Shown here one piece after another: positions 34,601 to 45,492 of a stretch of 60,083 nucleotides of DNA. Every line of letters begins with the position of its first letter. Positions within the stretch are counted from its first letter, which is position 1. Below the pieces are notes generated by a model, which ran no database searches, was not told where the DNA came from, and saw only the letters and a list, made by a program, of their open reading frames with translations. A program made the position numbers and the translations under genes. This DNA comes from Octopus bimaculoides (taxonomy: Eukaryota), in contig NC_068981.1 in assembly GCF_001194135.2 (NCBI RefSeq), forward strand, positions 183,906,959-183,967,041, written 5' to 3'.

Positions 34601-35642
34601 AAATCTGGGCCGGATGTGACTGGTTTAAGTGCTAAAGGGTCAGCTCTGATTTTCATGTATGCAGTTTCAAATTCATCCCTGTTGTCTGGCACTTTGAACC
34701 AAATATCTTCTACTTTAATCTTGGGTCAACCAAAGCTATCGAGTGCTCTTTCTCATCTAATCACCATCATCGTTTGACGTCTGTTTTCCATGCTGGCATG
34801 GGTTGGACAGTTCGACCAGGATCTGGGAAGCCAGGAGGCTGCACCAGGCTCCAGTCTGATCTGGCAGTGTTTCTACAGCTGGATGCCCTTCCTTACGCCA
34901 GAGAGTGAAGTGGGTGCTTTGTATATGCAACTGGCACAGAAGCCGGTCAAGGCGGCGCTGGCATCAGCCACGTTTGGATGGTGCTTTTTACATGCCACCG
35001 GCACTGGTATCACAGCTACAATTTCCATTTGATTTTTATTTTGGTGTTGATGTACTTGACTCAAGGTCTCCTCAAGCACAGCAGGTTGCCCTACGATCCG
35101 AGGTACTTGAATGGGCTGGGGCTGGTTATGTGAAGCTGGTGTAAGCTGTTAAAAGTCTGTGTGAGTCAAGGAATTACATTGGAGAGGCTCTCTTGTCTAT
35201 ATAATGATTTCTCAGTGTTTGTGTTTGTTTATTTTAGGTTGTATGGCGGAAGCTGGAAAGTGTATCTCCTAGAAGACAATATCCTCACAAACAGTCTAAT
35301 TCTTTGTTGGAGCACGAGTCAGCAAAGACTTCACTACAAACTTCCCAGTCTAGGAACAGTCTCTCCAGACCACTACCGGCACAGCAGAAACAATCATCAC
35401 AGCCGTACATTGAGAAGCAACCAAGTGTCACATCGTATCCACAACAGTACTATCCTCATCACTCACCTCAATCCCCGCCCCCCTCTCAGAAACTGGCCAA
35501 TTCTAACTCCAGATACAGCAGCGCCAGTTCATACATGACCCGTTCTCGACAGTCTTCTTCATCAACTCTTTCACCAACTTCAAAAGTCAAACCCATGCCA
35601 TACTCTGCCACAGAAAATAGAATTGATCAACGCCATTTTTAA
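20601..35642 (+). CDS. CCDC85C: CCDC85C-like coiled-coil protein, whole gene: join(20601-20972, 22220-22412, 26704-[gap], 28526-28606, 29958-30212, 32315-32416, 35238-35642), roughly 490 aa
   Basis: The stitched translation carries CCDC85 family motifs in order: INRRLQVHLMEIRGLK..LQDDNQELRDLCCFLDDERQ, RDDGDGSS, TLNYIKH, PDAVTHAMK-VLEVH, EKAIVREMCN-VVWRKL. All visible introns are GT-AG with compatible phases. Paralogue assignment (A/B/C) is by resemblance only. Confidence 0.92.
21050..21235 (-). mobile_element. Family D interspersed repeat ((GAT)n tail; SINE or RTE-tail-like)
   Basis: catcatcatcg..ccatgctggcatgg..ctgcaccagg..ctggatgcccttc; more than 12 copies in the window. Confidence 0.75.
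21865..22095. mobile_element. Family E element (short minus arm plus plus-strand copy with CTGATGA at 22017-22023)
   Basis: agacacCTGATGAaggttggagggtatatcagccAAAATgtt; inverted tail tatttacatttgacggatatttgtcctcatc. Confidence 0.65.
22220..22412 (+). CDS. CCDC85C: CCDC85C-like coding exon 2 (phase 0 to phase 1)
   Basis: Acceptor tcttttaag|ATG; MKQEELIKDNLEMQELCLYM..DRDDGDGSSNG continues the coiled coil from ELE|; donor gtaagt at 22413. Confidence 0.9.
22552..22922 (-). mobile_element. SINE family A in CCDC85 intron 2
   Basis: Diverged full-length copy. Confidence 0.8.
23385..23689 (-). mobile_element. SINE family A running into gap 23690-24388
   Basis: High similarity to the 7220 copy. Confidence 0.85.
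24805..25343 (+). mobile_element. CR1-clade LINE 3-prime fragment inserted in a SINE A copy
   Basis: PHLEFASPVWNPYLSQDID..RRATKQIPSIRHLPYSEHL..AWNKLPASVV matches the CR1 ORF2 C-terminus; (ATT)n-like tail; SINE sequence resumes on both sides. Confidence 0.8.
25400..25607. mobile_element. mariner-type MITE (same family as 13869) nested in a SINE A microsatellite
   Basis: TA flanks 25398-99 and 25608-09; TIRs visible. Confidence 0.85.
26410..26540 (+). mobile_element. Family D repeat
   Basis: gggcatccagctgtagaaactctgcc..gttaaacgatgatgatgatg. Confidence 0.8.
26704..26738 (+). CDS. CCDC85C: CCDC85C-like coding exon 3, 5-prime part only (runs into N gap 26739-26913)
   Basis: Acceptor tttatttcttcag at 26703; phase 1 gives (S)IPDQTLNYIKH, resembling the family STLSYIRQLE motif that precedes the QLEQQ of the next exon. 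Confidence 0.8.
26952..27085. repeat. Palindrome made of two family E tails with the centre deleted
   Basis: atttataatggatagataggtgtcctcatcttgtt / aacaagatgaagacacctatctgtccattataaat. Confidence 0.75.
28526..28606 (+). CDS. CCDC85C: CCDC85C-like coding exon 4 (81 nt, phase 0-0)
   Basis: Acceptor tcttatttccag, donor ATG|gtaggt; QLEQQTNDANSNYPNTFKPPGPVRAQM. Confidence 0.75.
29434..29764 (+). mobile_element. Family D repeat preceded by three ~42-bp tandem units
   Basis: ctgtgaggcc..ctcaaaaggt repeated at a 42-bp period, followed by the family D body. Confidence 0.75.
29958..30212 (+). CDS. CCDC85C: CCDC85C-like coding exon 5 (Q/P-rich, 255 nt, phase 0-0)
   Basis: Acceptor aatacag|GTG, donor AAG|gtaatc; ends QPDAVTHAMK (family KPEAVVHAMK). 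Confidence 0.88.
30367..30612. mobile_element. Tc1-like MITE
   Basis: TA flanks; TIR cagtgggggtgcaaaagtaggtatacagt / actgtatacctacttttgcccccaccgccg. Confidence 0.85.
30697..30985 (-). mobile_element. SINE family A inserted in a TTAA MITE (MITE parts about 30632-30696 and 30986-31060)
   Basis: The flanks resemble consecutive parts of the 33575 element. Confidence 0.65.
32315..32416 (+). CDS. CCDC85C: CCDC85C-like coding exon 6 (102 nt, phase 0-0)
   Basis: ttag|GTG..AAT|gtaagg; VLEVHQQLESPRNNIDSNNDLGDNEKAIVREMCN. This exon is too short to appear in the ORF track. Confidence 0.93.
32451..32760 (-). mobile_element. SINE family A, diverged
   Basis: Shared tail gtttcagtcatt..catgctggagcac. Confidence 0.7.
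33575..33799. mobile_element. piggyBac-like MITE (225 bp)
   Basis: TTAA-ccctttc..gaaaggg-TTAA; reverse copy at about 41380-41570. Confidence 0.8.
33918..34147. mobile_element. piggyBac-like MITE (230 bp)
   Basis: TTAA-ccctttaacat..atgttgaaggg-TTAA. Confidence 0.8.
34420..34639. mobile_element. Inverted copy of the 33918 MITE family
   Basis: Aligns by eye to the reverse complement of 33918-34147 along its length. Confidence 0.75.
34762..35010 (-). mobile_element. Family D repeat, 230 bp upstream of CCDC85 exon 7
   Basis: catcatcgtttgacgtctg..gatgcccttcct..gtgctttttacatgccaccggcac. Confidence 0.8.
35238..35642 (+). CDS. CCDC85C: CCDC85C-like terminal coding exon 7
   Basis: attttag|GTT GTA TGG CGG AAG CTG (VVWRKL), open to TAA at 35640-35642. 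Confidence 0.88.
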   Translation, partial: VVWRKLESVSPRRQYPHKQSNSLLEHESAKTSLQTSQSRNSLSRPLPAQQKQSSQPYIEKQPSVTSYPQQYYPHHSPQSPPPSQKLANSNSRYSSASSYMTRSRQSSSSTLSPTSKVKPMPYSATENRIDQRHF

Positions 35643-35728
35643 AGTTGGGCATTCTTAGAGGAGTGTTCCTCACCACGAACTCTTTCGTGTACTTTAGCTT
35701 GCTCGAGTACAGAATTGTGTGTGTGTGC

Positions 35729-35761
<33 letters not shown>

Positions 35762-36859
35762 GTGCATACATGGATATGTGTATATGTATATGCGTGGGTA
35801 TAAATATATTTGAGTATGTTTGTATGGGTGTGTGTGTGTGCTTGAGAGAGAGAGATTATATTAAAAATAATAAGCAGATAATCTAACATCCCACCAATTA
35901 ACAACATTGTAATTATCTGCAGAACAGATAACTAATTTTGAAGAAATTTCTTTTTNNNNNNNNNNAGGAATTCTTCAAATTGAAATAGCAATTCATTCGA
36001 TAACAGGTTGTCATTGTTTTTAAAAAAAATTCTATTTTACCGAACGAATTTGTATTTTTACAGAAATAATACCAACTGCTTAATCTTGTAAATATATCAC
36101 TTTTTGCACTCCATAATTCATACTTATATATTTACAGAAATCTTACACACACATCCACCTACGTACACAACAAATGTAGGAGAAATTATGATAAACACAA
36201 GTTTATATTATTTGTTCCCTTTGTATATTTCCCCATTGTAGTTGTTAAGCTTCCAATTGCACTTCGAATATTTCAGTACTGAGGATCCCAACACCACAAC
36301 AGTGCAACATACATAAGGATCAAATTATATAAAGTTGTGCTTATGATTTGGGATGCGCTTCATGAAAAAACAAAGGGGACCATGTTCACTAAAGTATTCT
36401 ATAGATTATATTATACAGGGTTTTACATATATTTTGATATTTGTTCTATAGCTGTATCCATGTTGATCTTGTCAGATCCACATGGATGATATTAGCTTTA
36501 GTGCAAATATTCAAATGAAGAACCTTATGTGTGGATTTGGGAAACGAAAAGTGAAAGAAGGCCTTTGTGCATATGTTTGTGTGTTAATGTCTCCTTGACA
36601 TTGCAAGATATTTGGAAGATTGAAAAGGAATGACACCTCTTGTATAACAATGACACTTGCTTACAAGACATCTGGTCATGAGGGGATATGACCTTGCTTG
36701 GAAACTGGTTAGGATTGGTGACAAAAAGAGCATCTGGCTGTAGAAAATCTGCCTCAACTAATTTCATCCAACCCATGCCAACATGGAAAGTGGATGTTAA
36801 ACATCCTCTCTGAGCATCTTTGGAAAGATCTTCATTCATGCTCCTCTGCACTGCCTACA

Positions 36860-37030
36860 TACTGATGGTGACCAAAATAAAATCTCAAAAATCATTTGGT
36901 CCCCATCAATGTCGAGCAAAGCATAATCTTCTCTGTCAAATAGTATCTGACAGCGATGGCAGGCCTTGGTATAGCTCTTCGTTGGTTATATGATCTTTCC
37001 AGCTGGCGTTAAAAATTCTTCTCAATAGCT
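36860..37030 (-). mobile_element. RTE LINE fragment
   Basis: Reverse translation RIFNASWKDHITNEELYQGLPSLSDTI*QRRL matches the RTE C-terminal region. Confidence 0.65.
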
Positions 37031-37159
37031 TATATAATCTATTTTTATTTTTAGGCTTTGAGTTATGGTCCAAGTTTCTGAGTTATATAGCAGAATACTT
37101 TCTACACATGGACAGAAAAATGAAACTTAAATTTTTCAGTGCATGTTAGGCTTACTCTC

Positions 37160-37613
37160 TCTTTTTACTCTTTTNNNNNNNNNNNNNNNNNNNNNNNNNN
37201 NNNNNNNNNNNNNNNNNNNNNNNNNNNNNNNNNNNNNNNNNNNNNNNNNNNNNNNNNNNNNNNNNNNNNNNNNNNNNNNNNNNNNNNNNNNNNNNNNNNN
37301 NNNNNNNNNNNNNNNNNNNNNNNNNNNNNNNNNNNNNNNNNNNNNNNNNNNNNNNNNNNNNNTCTCTTTTGCCGAACCACTAAATTACGGGGACGTAAAT
37401 ACACCAGCATCGGTTGTCAAGCGATGTTGGGGGGGACAAACACACACACTCACACATATATATATATATATATATATATACGACAGTTTTCACTCACAAG
37501 GCTTTGGTCGGCCTGAGGCTATAGTAGACACTTGCCCAAGGTGCCACGCAGTGGGACTGAACCCGGAACCATGTGGTTGGTAAGCAAGCTACTTACCACA
37601 CAGCCACTCCTAT
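37160..37613 (-). mobile_element. SINE family A spanning gap 37175-37362
   Basis: Tail lies left of the gap, body and head right of it. Confidence 0.8.
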
Positions 37614-38729
37614 GCCTTCCATATTTTGTCTTATTTATTGCAACCCATGTCAGTTCTTTCCTTACATTAAATCATCCTTACTTTCTGGGATATTACAGCC
37701 TCATTGTCATCATTTAATTTCCTGTTTTCCATACTGGAATATGTTGGACAGTCTGACAGGAGCTAGAAAGCCGTACCAGGCTCCAGTTGTCTCTTTTGGC
37801 ATTGCTTTCTATGACTGGATGCCCTTAATACCAGCCACTTTACAGAGTGGACTTGGCACTTTTTATATGGTACCAGCATAAAATTGCACCACCTGATTAA
37901 TGATTGGACCAGTTAAGGATTTTAGTTGATAATCACCATAGATTCCATCTGTTACAATCTCTGTTTTGCTAGTATTAAGATGTAAACCCAACTAGATTTG
38001 CTGCATGTTCAACACAATGTAATTCATTTTCAGCAGCTAACTGCCATCATTCATTGATCAGTGCATGGTCATCAGCATAAGCCAAATTCTTTATTTGTAT
38101 CTGTGTGTGTGTGTTTGAAGCTGAAGGGTTTTTATATAGATATATACATACAAACATTGAATCATGACTGATGGAAGAACTCGATACGAATGTAAATTCT
38201 AATAACTATAACTTCATTGCCAACGATACCAAACTTTCACTGGGTATGTAGCTTATTCATAGGATTGAACAAAACAGACATGCCCAGCAAAACTTCAAAA
38301 TTACAGTCGTCCCAAATATATGCCGTGGAAGAAAACAGAATCCTGATGTTGTTCATCAATAATCTATTCTTTTACATGGCAATCATTCAGATTTTATGAA
38401 TAAATATTTTGTCAATATGGACCCACCCACTAGTTTCTGACTTAAAATTCAATTCGTGGAGATTGTGATGTGTATGCTTCTTTCAAGGATATTTATAATG
38501 GAAGTAATATAGCTAAGACTCAACAGTGAAATGCTGGTTACAAGGACACTCTGGGAGTTCATCACACACCCTCAATGTTAGTACAATGAATGAGCTAGGT
38601 AGATACATTGACACTAATATACGACTAAAATTGTTACTTGCATGAACCCCAGAATGGGATTAAGAGTGAAGTTGACTGCAATAGTAAGGATAAAACAGAA
38701 ACAGTTTCTGTCTACCAAATCCACAGTGG

Positions 38730-39790
38730 AATTGGCAGATGGAAACTAAAAGAACACTAGTGTTTGGTTTTGTGCCAGTGAGAAACACCAGTGATGCTAT
38801 ATTTCTGGTAAAGCAGCAGCAGGAGAAATACCTAGCCAAAACTAAACACCTGTACTTGGCGAAAGTTTTGAAAGGGTTCCCTTATCGAGTGGTCAATGCG
38901 GAAACTGGGAAGATACAAGTGACTGGTTAGAGCTGTATAGGGACGCTATCAGTAAGGTGAGGGTTGGCAATGAGTACAGTGAAGAATTCAGGGTAGACAT
39001 AGGGGCTCAGCTCCATCTTGTTCATCATAGTCCTCCAGGAAATAACAGGAATTTGAGACAGGCTGGGAGCTCCTTTATGCTAATGACCTTGCTCTTATAG
39101 CTAGCTGATTCTCTACCAGAACTAGAGACGGTCCAGGTATGGAAGCAAGGTCTAGAATCGAAGGGCCTTAGAGTTAACCTGACAAAAACCACTCTTAGTA
39201 AGTAGGAAGGCAGACAAATCACAAATTCCTTCAGGTAGATAGCCCTGCTCAATCTGTAGAAGAGGTGCAGGTAGAAACTCCATAAGATGCACCTAGTGTA
39301 AGCTTTGAACACATAAAAGGTGCAGCAATATCAGAGGGAGGTTAACAGGAAAAATAGCTTTTGTACAATAAACACCAAAAATGTACAGAAAATAGACACC
39401 ATCATCTGCCAGGGGTGTAAGCTAGTAGTAGATAGCTTCCGTTGTCTAGGCGATCAAGTTAGTAGTGGAGGTGGATGCTCTGATAGCATAGCTGTGAGAA
39501 TAAGATTAGGCTGGGCAAAGTTCAGAAATCTACCTTTGCTTAGAACAAGGGGCATCTCCCCCAGAGTGAAAGGCGGATTGTATGATGCCTGTGTGTGAAC
39601 TGCTGTGCTACCTAGCAGTGAAACATGGGCTATGACAACCGAGGACATGCATACGCTTGAAAGAAATGAAGCTAGTATACTTTGCTGGATGTGCAATGTC
39701 AGTGCATGTTTGACAGCATCTTGGGAGAAAAATTAGGCATAAGAGGTATCAGATGTGTGCAAGAGAGAGAACTGTGCTTGTATGGGTGAG
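38730..39790 (+). mobile_element. RTE-clade LINE reverse transcriptase fragment (degenerate)
   Basis: FGFVPVRNTSDAIFLVKQQQEKYL; degraded YADD region near 39078; GLESKGLRVNLTKT; VDSFRCLGDQVSSGGGC..RIRLGWAKFR; KGGLYDACV..SETW. Confidence 0.88.
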
Positions 39791-41605
39791 GATAGATATA
39801 TATATATATATAGGGAAAATTCACAAAAAAACAACAGATGAAGACAGGTAGTATAGAAAACAAACAGATGTATTAGTGTAACAGAAAGGAACACCGAAAG
39901 AAACAAAGAGAGAAACATGACAGGCTCTTTTCAGTTTCCATCTACCATGTGACTGAGAAGCAAGCTTCTTAACCACACAGTCATGCCTGCACCTATATAT
40001 ATATATATATTACAGTTAAGTTGAAATGTGATATGGGGAAGTGCACCATTGGCAAAACATTTGTGGAGTAAATGATGGTACAATTGACTAAGCGATATGT
40101 TATGCATCTATTTGGAGGAGTCCAGGCCATAACCTCTCATGACAAAAAGTGGGGGTGGGGGGTATGTGATTTTTGAATGAACCAAAAAGCTCTTGGTAGT
40201 TTTTGTGGCTGTCAGACACTGATTTAGAGCTGAAAGCAATGTAAAAAAAATCTGGCACTCTATCGGTTATGATGAAGGGTTCCAGTTGATTTGATTAACG
40301 GCACAGCTTGCTTGTGAAATTGACATACAGATGGCTGAGTGCTCCACAGACACACATACCTTTCATGTTCTCAGAGAAATCCCGCATGGCACAGAATGTG
40401 ACAAAGGTGGCCATTTCCAATTACAGGTACAACTCATTTTCACCAGCTGAATGGACTGGAGCAACGTGAAATAAAGTGTCTTGCTGAAGGACACAATACA
40501 CTGCAGGGAATTGAACACACGACCTTAGAATCATGAGCCAAATACCTCAACCACGAAGCCATGCGCCTTCACCAAAGTAAGGTAAATGAATGCTGCGAAG
40601 TATTTCATTCACTGCTCTTATCTTTGGCTCTATGTTGAGTTCTGAGAACTGATCTATCAGCATGAAGAATGTCTAAACACAACTTTTGAAAGTATTGTGT
40701 TATTACTTCAAGAACTATAACATAGGTGCAAATTAGAACCCTGTTTGGTGCATTTATGGTCATTAAATTCGTGACTATATTGACTTCCCACTAAAGTAAT
40801 CTTATATAAGAACCTTTTGTTGTGTTACAAGCACAAAATTAGTATCGTTTTCAAATTTTAGTGCAAAGCCAGCAATTTCGGAGGAATCAAATTTGCTGAC
40901 GTGGCCGCTTGACTGGCATCCGTGCCAGTGGAATGTTAAAAGCATCATCCGAGCGTGATCGCTGCCTTTTATGCCCCAAAATATGACACACATGAATGGA
41001 TTTGTTACTTGTGTGATTATTATTAGATCAAAACCATTACGGCTATATCCACAAATACAGGTAAATATTTCAGTCCAAGTTTGAGGTGTATGAGATTCCT
41101 GAATGGAAAGGTTTAGTCAGCCTGAGGTGATGATAGAAGATATTATAATCTCAAGATACCCTGCAGTGGAATTGAACCTTGCAAATGGTGAAGTTTGCCA
41201 ACATTTTGTGACAACTCTGAGCTTTCAAAGATGTCTGCTAACTGAGCTTTTGAAGATATGTAGAATAATGATAAATTTCTTACTTGAAAAATTGGTGTGG
41301 GTTAGTGACAGGAAGGGTATCCAACTGTAAATACCTCAATATGTATTCATCTAACCCATGCAAAAGATGGAAAAACACTTCTGGCTCTGTAGTACAAATG
41401 TCTTGTTTTCAAAAATTCTGAATTAAAATCTTCCACCGAACCTTAGTCACAATTTATGTTCCTAACACAAGCTTAATGATAACTAAGTTATTTTACTAAA
41501 TTCTTTGTTATATTCGAAATTAATTAAAAGAAACACAGATCATCTCAACAGAAATACGCTAATGAAAGGGTTAAACGATGATGTATATTAGTTGTTATGT
41601 TCGCT

Positions 41606-41795
41606 CCTGTGCTGGTGGCACGTAAAAAGCACCCACTACACTCTCGGAGTGGTTGGCATTAGGAAGGGCATCCAGCTGTAGAAACATTGCTAGATCAGAT
41701 TGGAGCCTGGTGCAGCCTTCTGGCTTGCCAGACCTCAGTCAAACCGTCCAACCCATGCCAGCATAGAAAACAGACATTAAACGATGATGATGATG
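41606..41795 (+). mobile_element. Family D repeat
   Basis: gtgctggtggcacgtaaaaagcacc..gatgatgatgatg. Confidence 0.85.
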
Positions 41796-43024
41796 CCAAA
41801 TAATTGTGTGTGGATGGAAGGATATAAATAGGTAAAAAAAAAATAATACAAAATTTGAGAGAGAGGCAAAGCTCACAAACAAAGTATGGCATGGAATCGG
41901 ACAAGTGTGAACACATACCTGAAACGCATAGAAATAGAAGGCACAGGCAACGTCTTGTGACGGAAGTATCTGGTGGGGCTGAAGAGAGGTCTAGCAGTTG
42001 GGATGTGATCTTGAAGCACTTCCAAATCAAACATGGGACTGCAAATCTTGATCCACAACCATTTTAAAAAGACTAGAATGCAATCTCTGTGGAATATTTG
42101 TGCTACTATAAATGGAAAAGCAGACTATTTAAACCAGTGGTTTTCCACCATTTTTTTGCTTCTTGGACCCCTTTATTTCCTATTTTCCTCTACTGGCCCC
42201 TCATGGCCATTCATTGTTTTTTTTTGTTTGTTTTTTAAATCCTATTATATTTTTATAATTAAATATTATTATGAATTGTATTTAAAAAGCTGCTTATATT
42301 TCTACAATACACAAAATATTTTATGGACCCCAGTTGGGAAATAAAGGATCAATTTTATTGAGTGGATGCCAGAAGTGAGAGCCAATGATGACAAAACAGT
42401 TGATTGGTCCCATCTTCCAGATGCAACTTCCATTAATAGCTGCAGATTCAAATTAACTGAAAAGACAAGTAACATGGATTTTAATGGCTTAAATTTAGAG
42501 ATGGCAGCTTTGCAATGGTTTCTATGGCTGGATGCCCTTCCCAATGCCAACTACCTTACAGTGTGTGCTGAGTATTTTTTTTCAGGCCACCAGCACTAGT
42601 GAGGTTGCCAAGCCACTTGCAAGACAGAAAAAAAAAAAAAGCGCCTGCTACTAAAACGAGTTGGGGTAGTAATTGAGACTGGAAAGTGGCTTCATGCCAG
42701 GGGTTGAAAGGGTATGATAGAGGGACAAGCACTGGGAAGGAGATAAAAGGTTGTGATAAAGGGCCAGAGCAAATTCTCAAGATATAAGGTGAGTATAATG
42801 GAGAACATGGACAGTGAGTCGGTGGAGTGGATACTATCATACGAGTGTGAGGGTAGAGGTGAATGTAGTTAGCGTGGGGGTACACTTGATAGAAAATATC
42901 AATATGGAGAGGGATAAGGTGGGAGAGAGACAAGTTGTTCAAGGAGGATAGATTAGAAGTTAGGGGAATGAATGTTTATAATGAATTATGTCCTTGATTT
43001 TGTTTCAGGTGAAGTACTGCCTGA

Positions 43025-43219
43025 TGGGCTCCAATACTGGTGGCATGTAAAAAGCACTCACTACTCTCTCAGAGTGGTTGACATTAGGAAGGGCATCCAG
43101 CTGTAGAAACCTTGCCAGATCAGATTGGAGCCTGGTGCAGCCTTCTGACTTGCCAGTCCTCAATTAAACCGTCCAACCCATGCTAGCATGGAAAACAGAC
43201 GTTAATCGATGATGATGAT
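43025..43219 (+). mobile_element. Family D repeat
   Basis: Same body and (GAT)n tail as the other copies. Confidence 0.85.
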
Positions 43220-43589
43220 TGACGGACCTCCAAGGGCAACATGGACCCAGACTTAGAACCACTGTGTTAGAATGACAGCAATTCAAAACAGATAATGCAA
43301 CAGTAGAAGTTTTATGGTAGGGATGAGATTGTGTGATGTCCATGCCATTCCAAAGGGCATTAGTAATGTGAAAGGTAGAGAGTTCAATGATACAATGTGA
43401 CCAGTTGTTGGTGTGGATGGGAAAAGGCTTATGTTGTGGGCCCTTACATAAAAGAGGAGCTCTGAGTAAAACAACATAACATCATTTTAACTTGTCTTCA
43501 GATACCAATCAATGCACCCCTACCTTTCTCTTTTTGTAACAGTAGATTACACTGTACAGCTGTAGTGGAAGTAGTGGTAGTAGGGAGAG

Positions 43590-43713
43590 GAGTATCTGTG
43601 TATGTGCATAGATATGTATATATGTATGTGTGTGTGTGTGTATATATATCTGTACATATGCCTGACGTCTATATATACACACACATACATAGATATCTGT
43701 GCATATGTCCAGA

Positions 43714-43758
<45 letters not shown>

Positions 43759-43795
43759 AAATAGATATCTGTACATACACATACTCACAAATATG
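43590..43795. repeat. Compound (TA)/(TG)/(CA) microsatellite
   Basis: Directly visible. Confidence 0.9.
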
Positions 43796-44968
43796 TATTC
43801 TGCATTTCATATTTAGGGAACTTATCTCTTCATCTTCATCCATCCTCTTTTAACTCCCACCTTTCCTTACGTCTCCCCCACCACTATTAAAAAGAAATGT
43901 CTGACTTATCAGTTACCTGTTTAGTAGATAAGTTGGTCGAGCCTAATGTTGTTTATAATCATTCAGGTGAGGTAGTGGAGTTCTTGCTTGTCTTGTCATT
44001 TTTACTTTAGACACACACACATCTATCCATACTACCACCACCATCACGAACCAACCTGGAGCCTATACATGATCACTTGACCATCAGAAATAGCAGTGAA
44101 ATCTCCCCTCAAAACATACCCTACCACCTTAAGGAAAAAAAAAAAAACTACATGGAATATCCTAATTATAACTATGTCTACAAAGAGAATGGGCATGTTT
44201 GGAATGTCTTTGACCACATGTCTCCTTGATCAGGACTGACCTTGGGCTAAACAATCCCCCATACATACATCCTCATTTCCCCCTCTACACGTCTTGCCCC
44301 ATCCCATCCCATCACACGATCTACCTACAATAATCTGCTCTTACATTGATAAAACCCACAAGATGACCTTTTTCTGCTGCTGTAATTACAACTTCCAGAA
44401 GAAGAACCAAAACACGAATTACTTCTAACAAGACATCCCAGTGGTTTAGATACCAAGATACCATTTGGTTTCATATTTTATCTGTTTATTGTCTCTGGAG
44501 AATTAATACTCATTAACATTCAATTACAAGAATCCACACTGCTAGCAGAATCATCCTTCTCTCTTACACTTTTTACCCAGCATCCATTTACTTACTCAAT
44601 ACATCAGATATATATATATACACACACACACACACATAAATCTAGCTACAACACTATCTCGCATACATATATATAAACCAATCTGGATACAGCCCTCTTT
44701 CTCACATACATATATATACCTATATCTACATATCTCCATTTAGTTATATATAATATATCCATCTAGCAACATATCTCTTATTTCTCATTTCTCTCTCAAT
44801 ATATCTATTTATCTACCTACATCTGTCCTTTTCCCTTCCACACACACACACACATATATAAAAACCATTTCATACATATCTACTCCACTTTCACATACCA
44901 AGCTTCCTACTACCATAATTCAGTATTCATTTACCTAGTACCTCTGCATATCTCCATCTTTCTTTCAC

Positions 44969-44999
<31 letters not shown>

Positions 45000-45029
45000 T
45001 CGTTGGCTCATAGTTCTTTATTCTGTAAA

Positions 45030-45492
45030 ATGTCTCACTCAGTTACAAAGAAGAATGAAACAGAAGCCAGGAGGGACAGTAAAGTATCACGAGCCCACAT
45101 CATATGGAGATGGTTTTTAAAAGGTCTAAAGACTTCCATCATGTTTTTCTTCTCTCATGTTGGACTGACTGGTAGCGTGGTAGCCTACAACATCTTTGGA
45201 GGATGGATCTTCATGGAACTGGAAGCCCCACATGAACGTGACCTGAGACAAGAGGTGAGCAGCATACGCTCCAAATACAGGGCTATCTTGGCTAACGTGT
45301 CAACACAACAGGGGGCCAACAATGACAGTTTGTCAAATTCTGGATATATATATGACAATATTGTCAAATTTGAGGAAGAACTTGTTCGGTTTATAGCCAC
45401 AACAGAGTGGAATGGTCTCGATGAAGAGTTCGAATTGCAGTGGTCCTATACAGGCGCACTACTGTACTCCGTTACAGTTGTCACAACAATAG
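45030..45492 (+). CDS. K2P channel coding exon 1 (N-terminus, M1, cap, pore helix 1)
   Basis: First in-frame ATG at 45030; donor ATA G|gtaaga at 45493. An upstream exon cannot be excluded. Confidence 0.9.
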
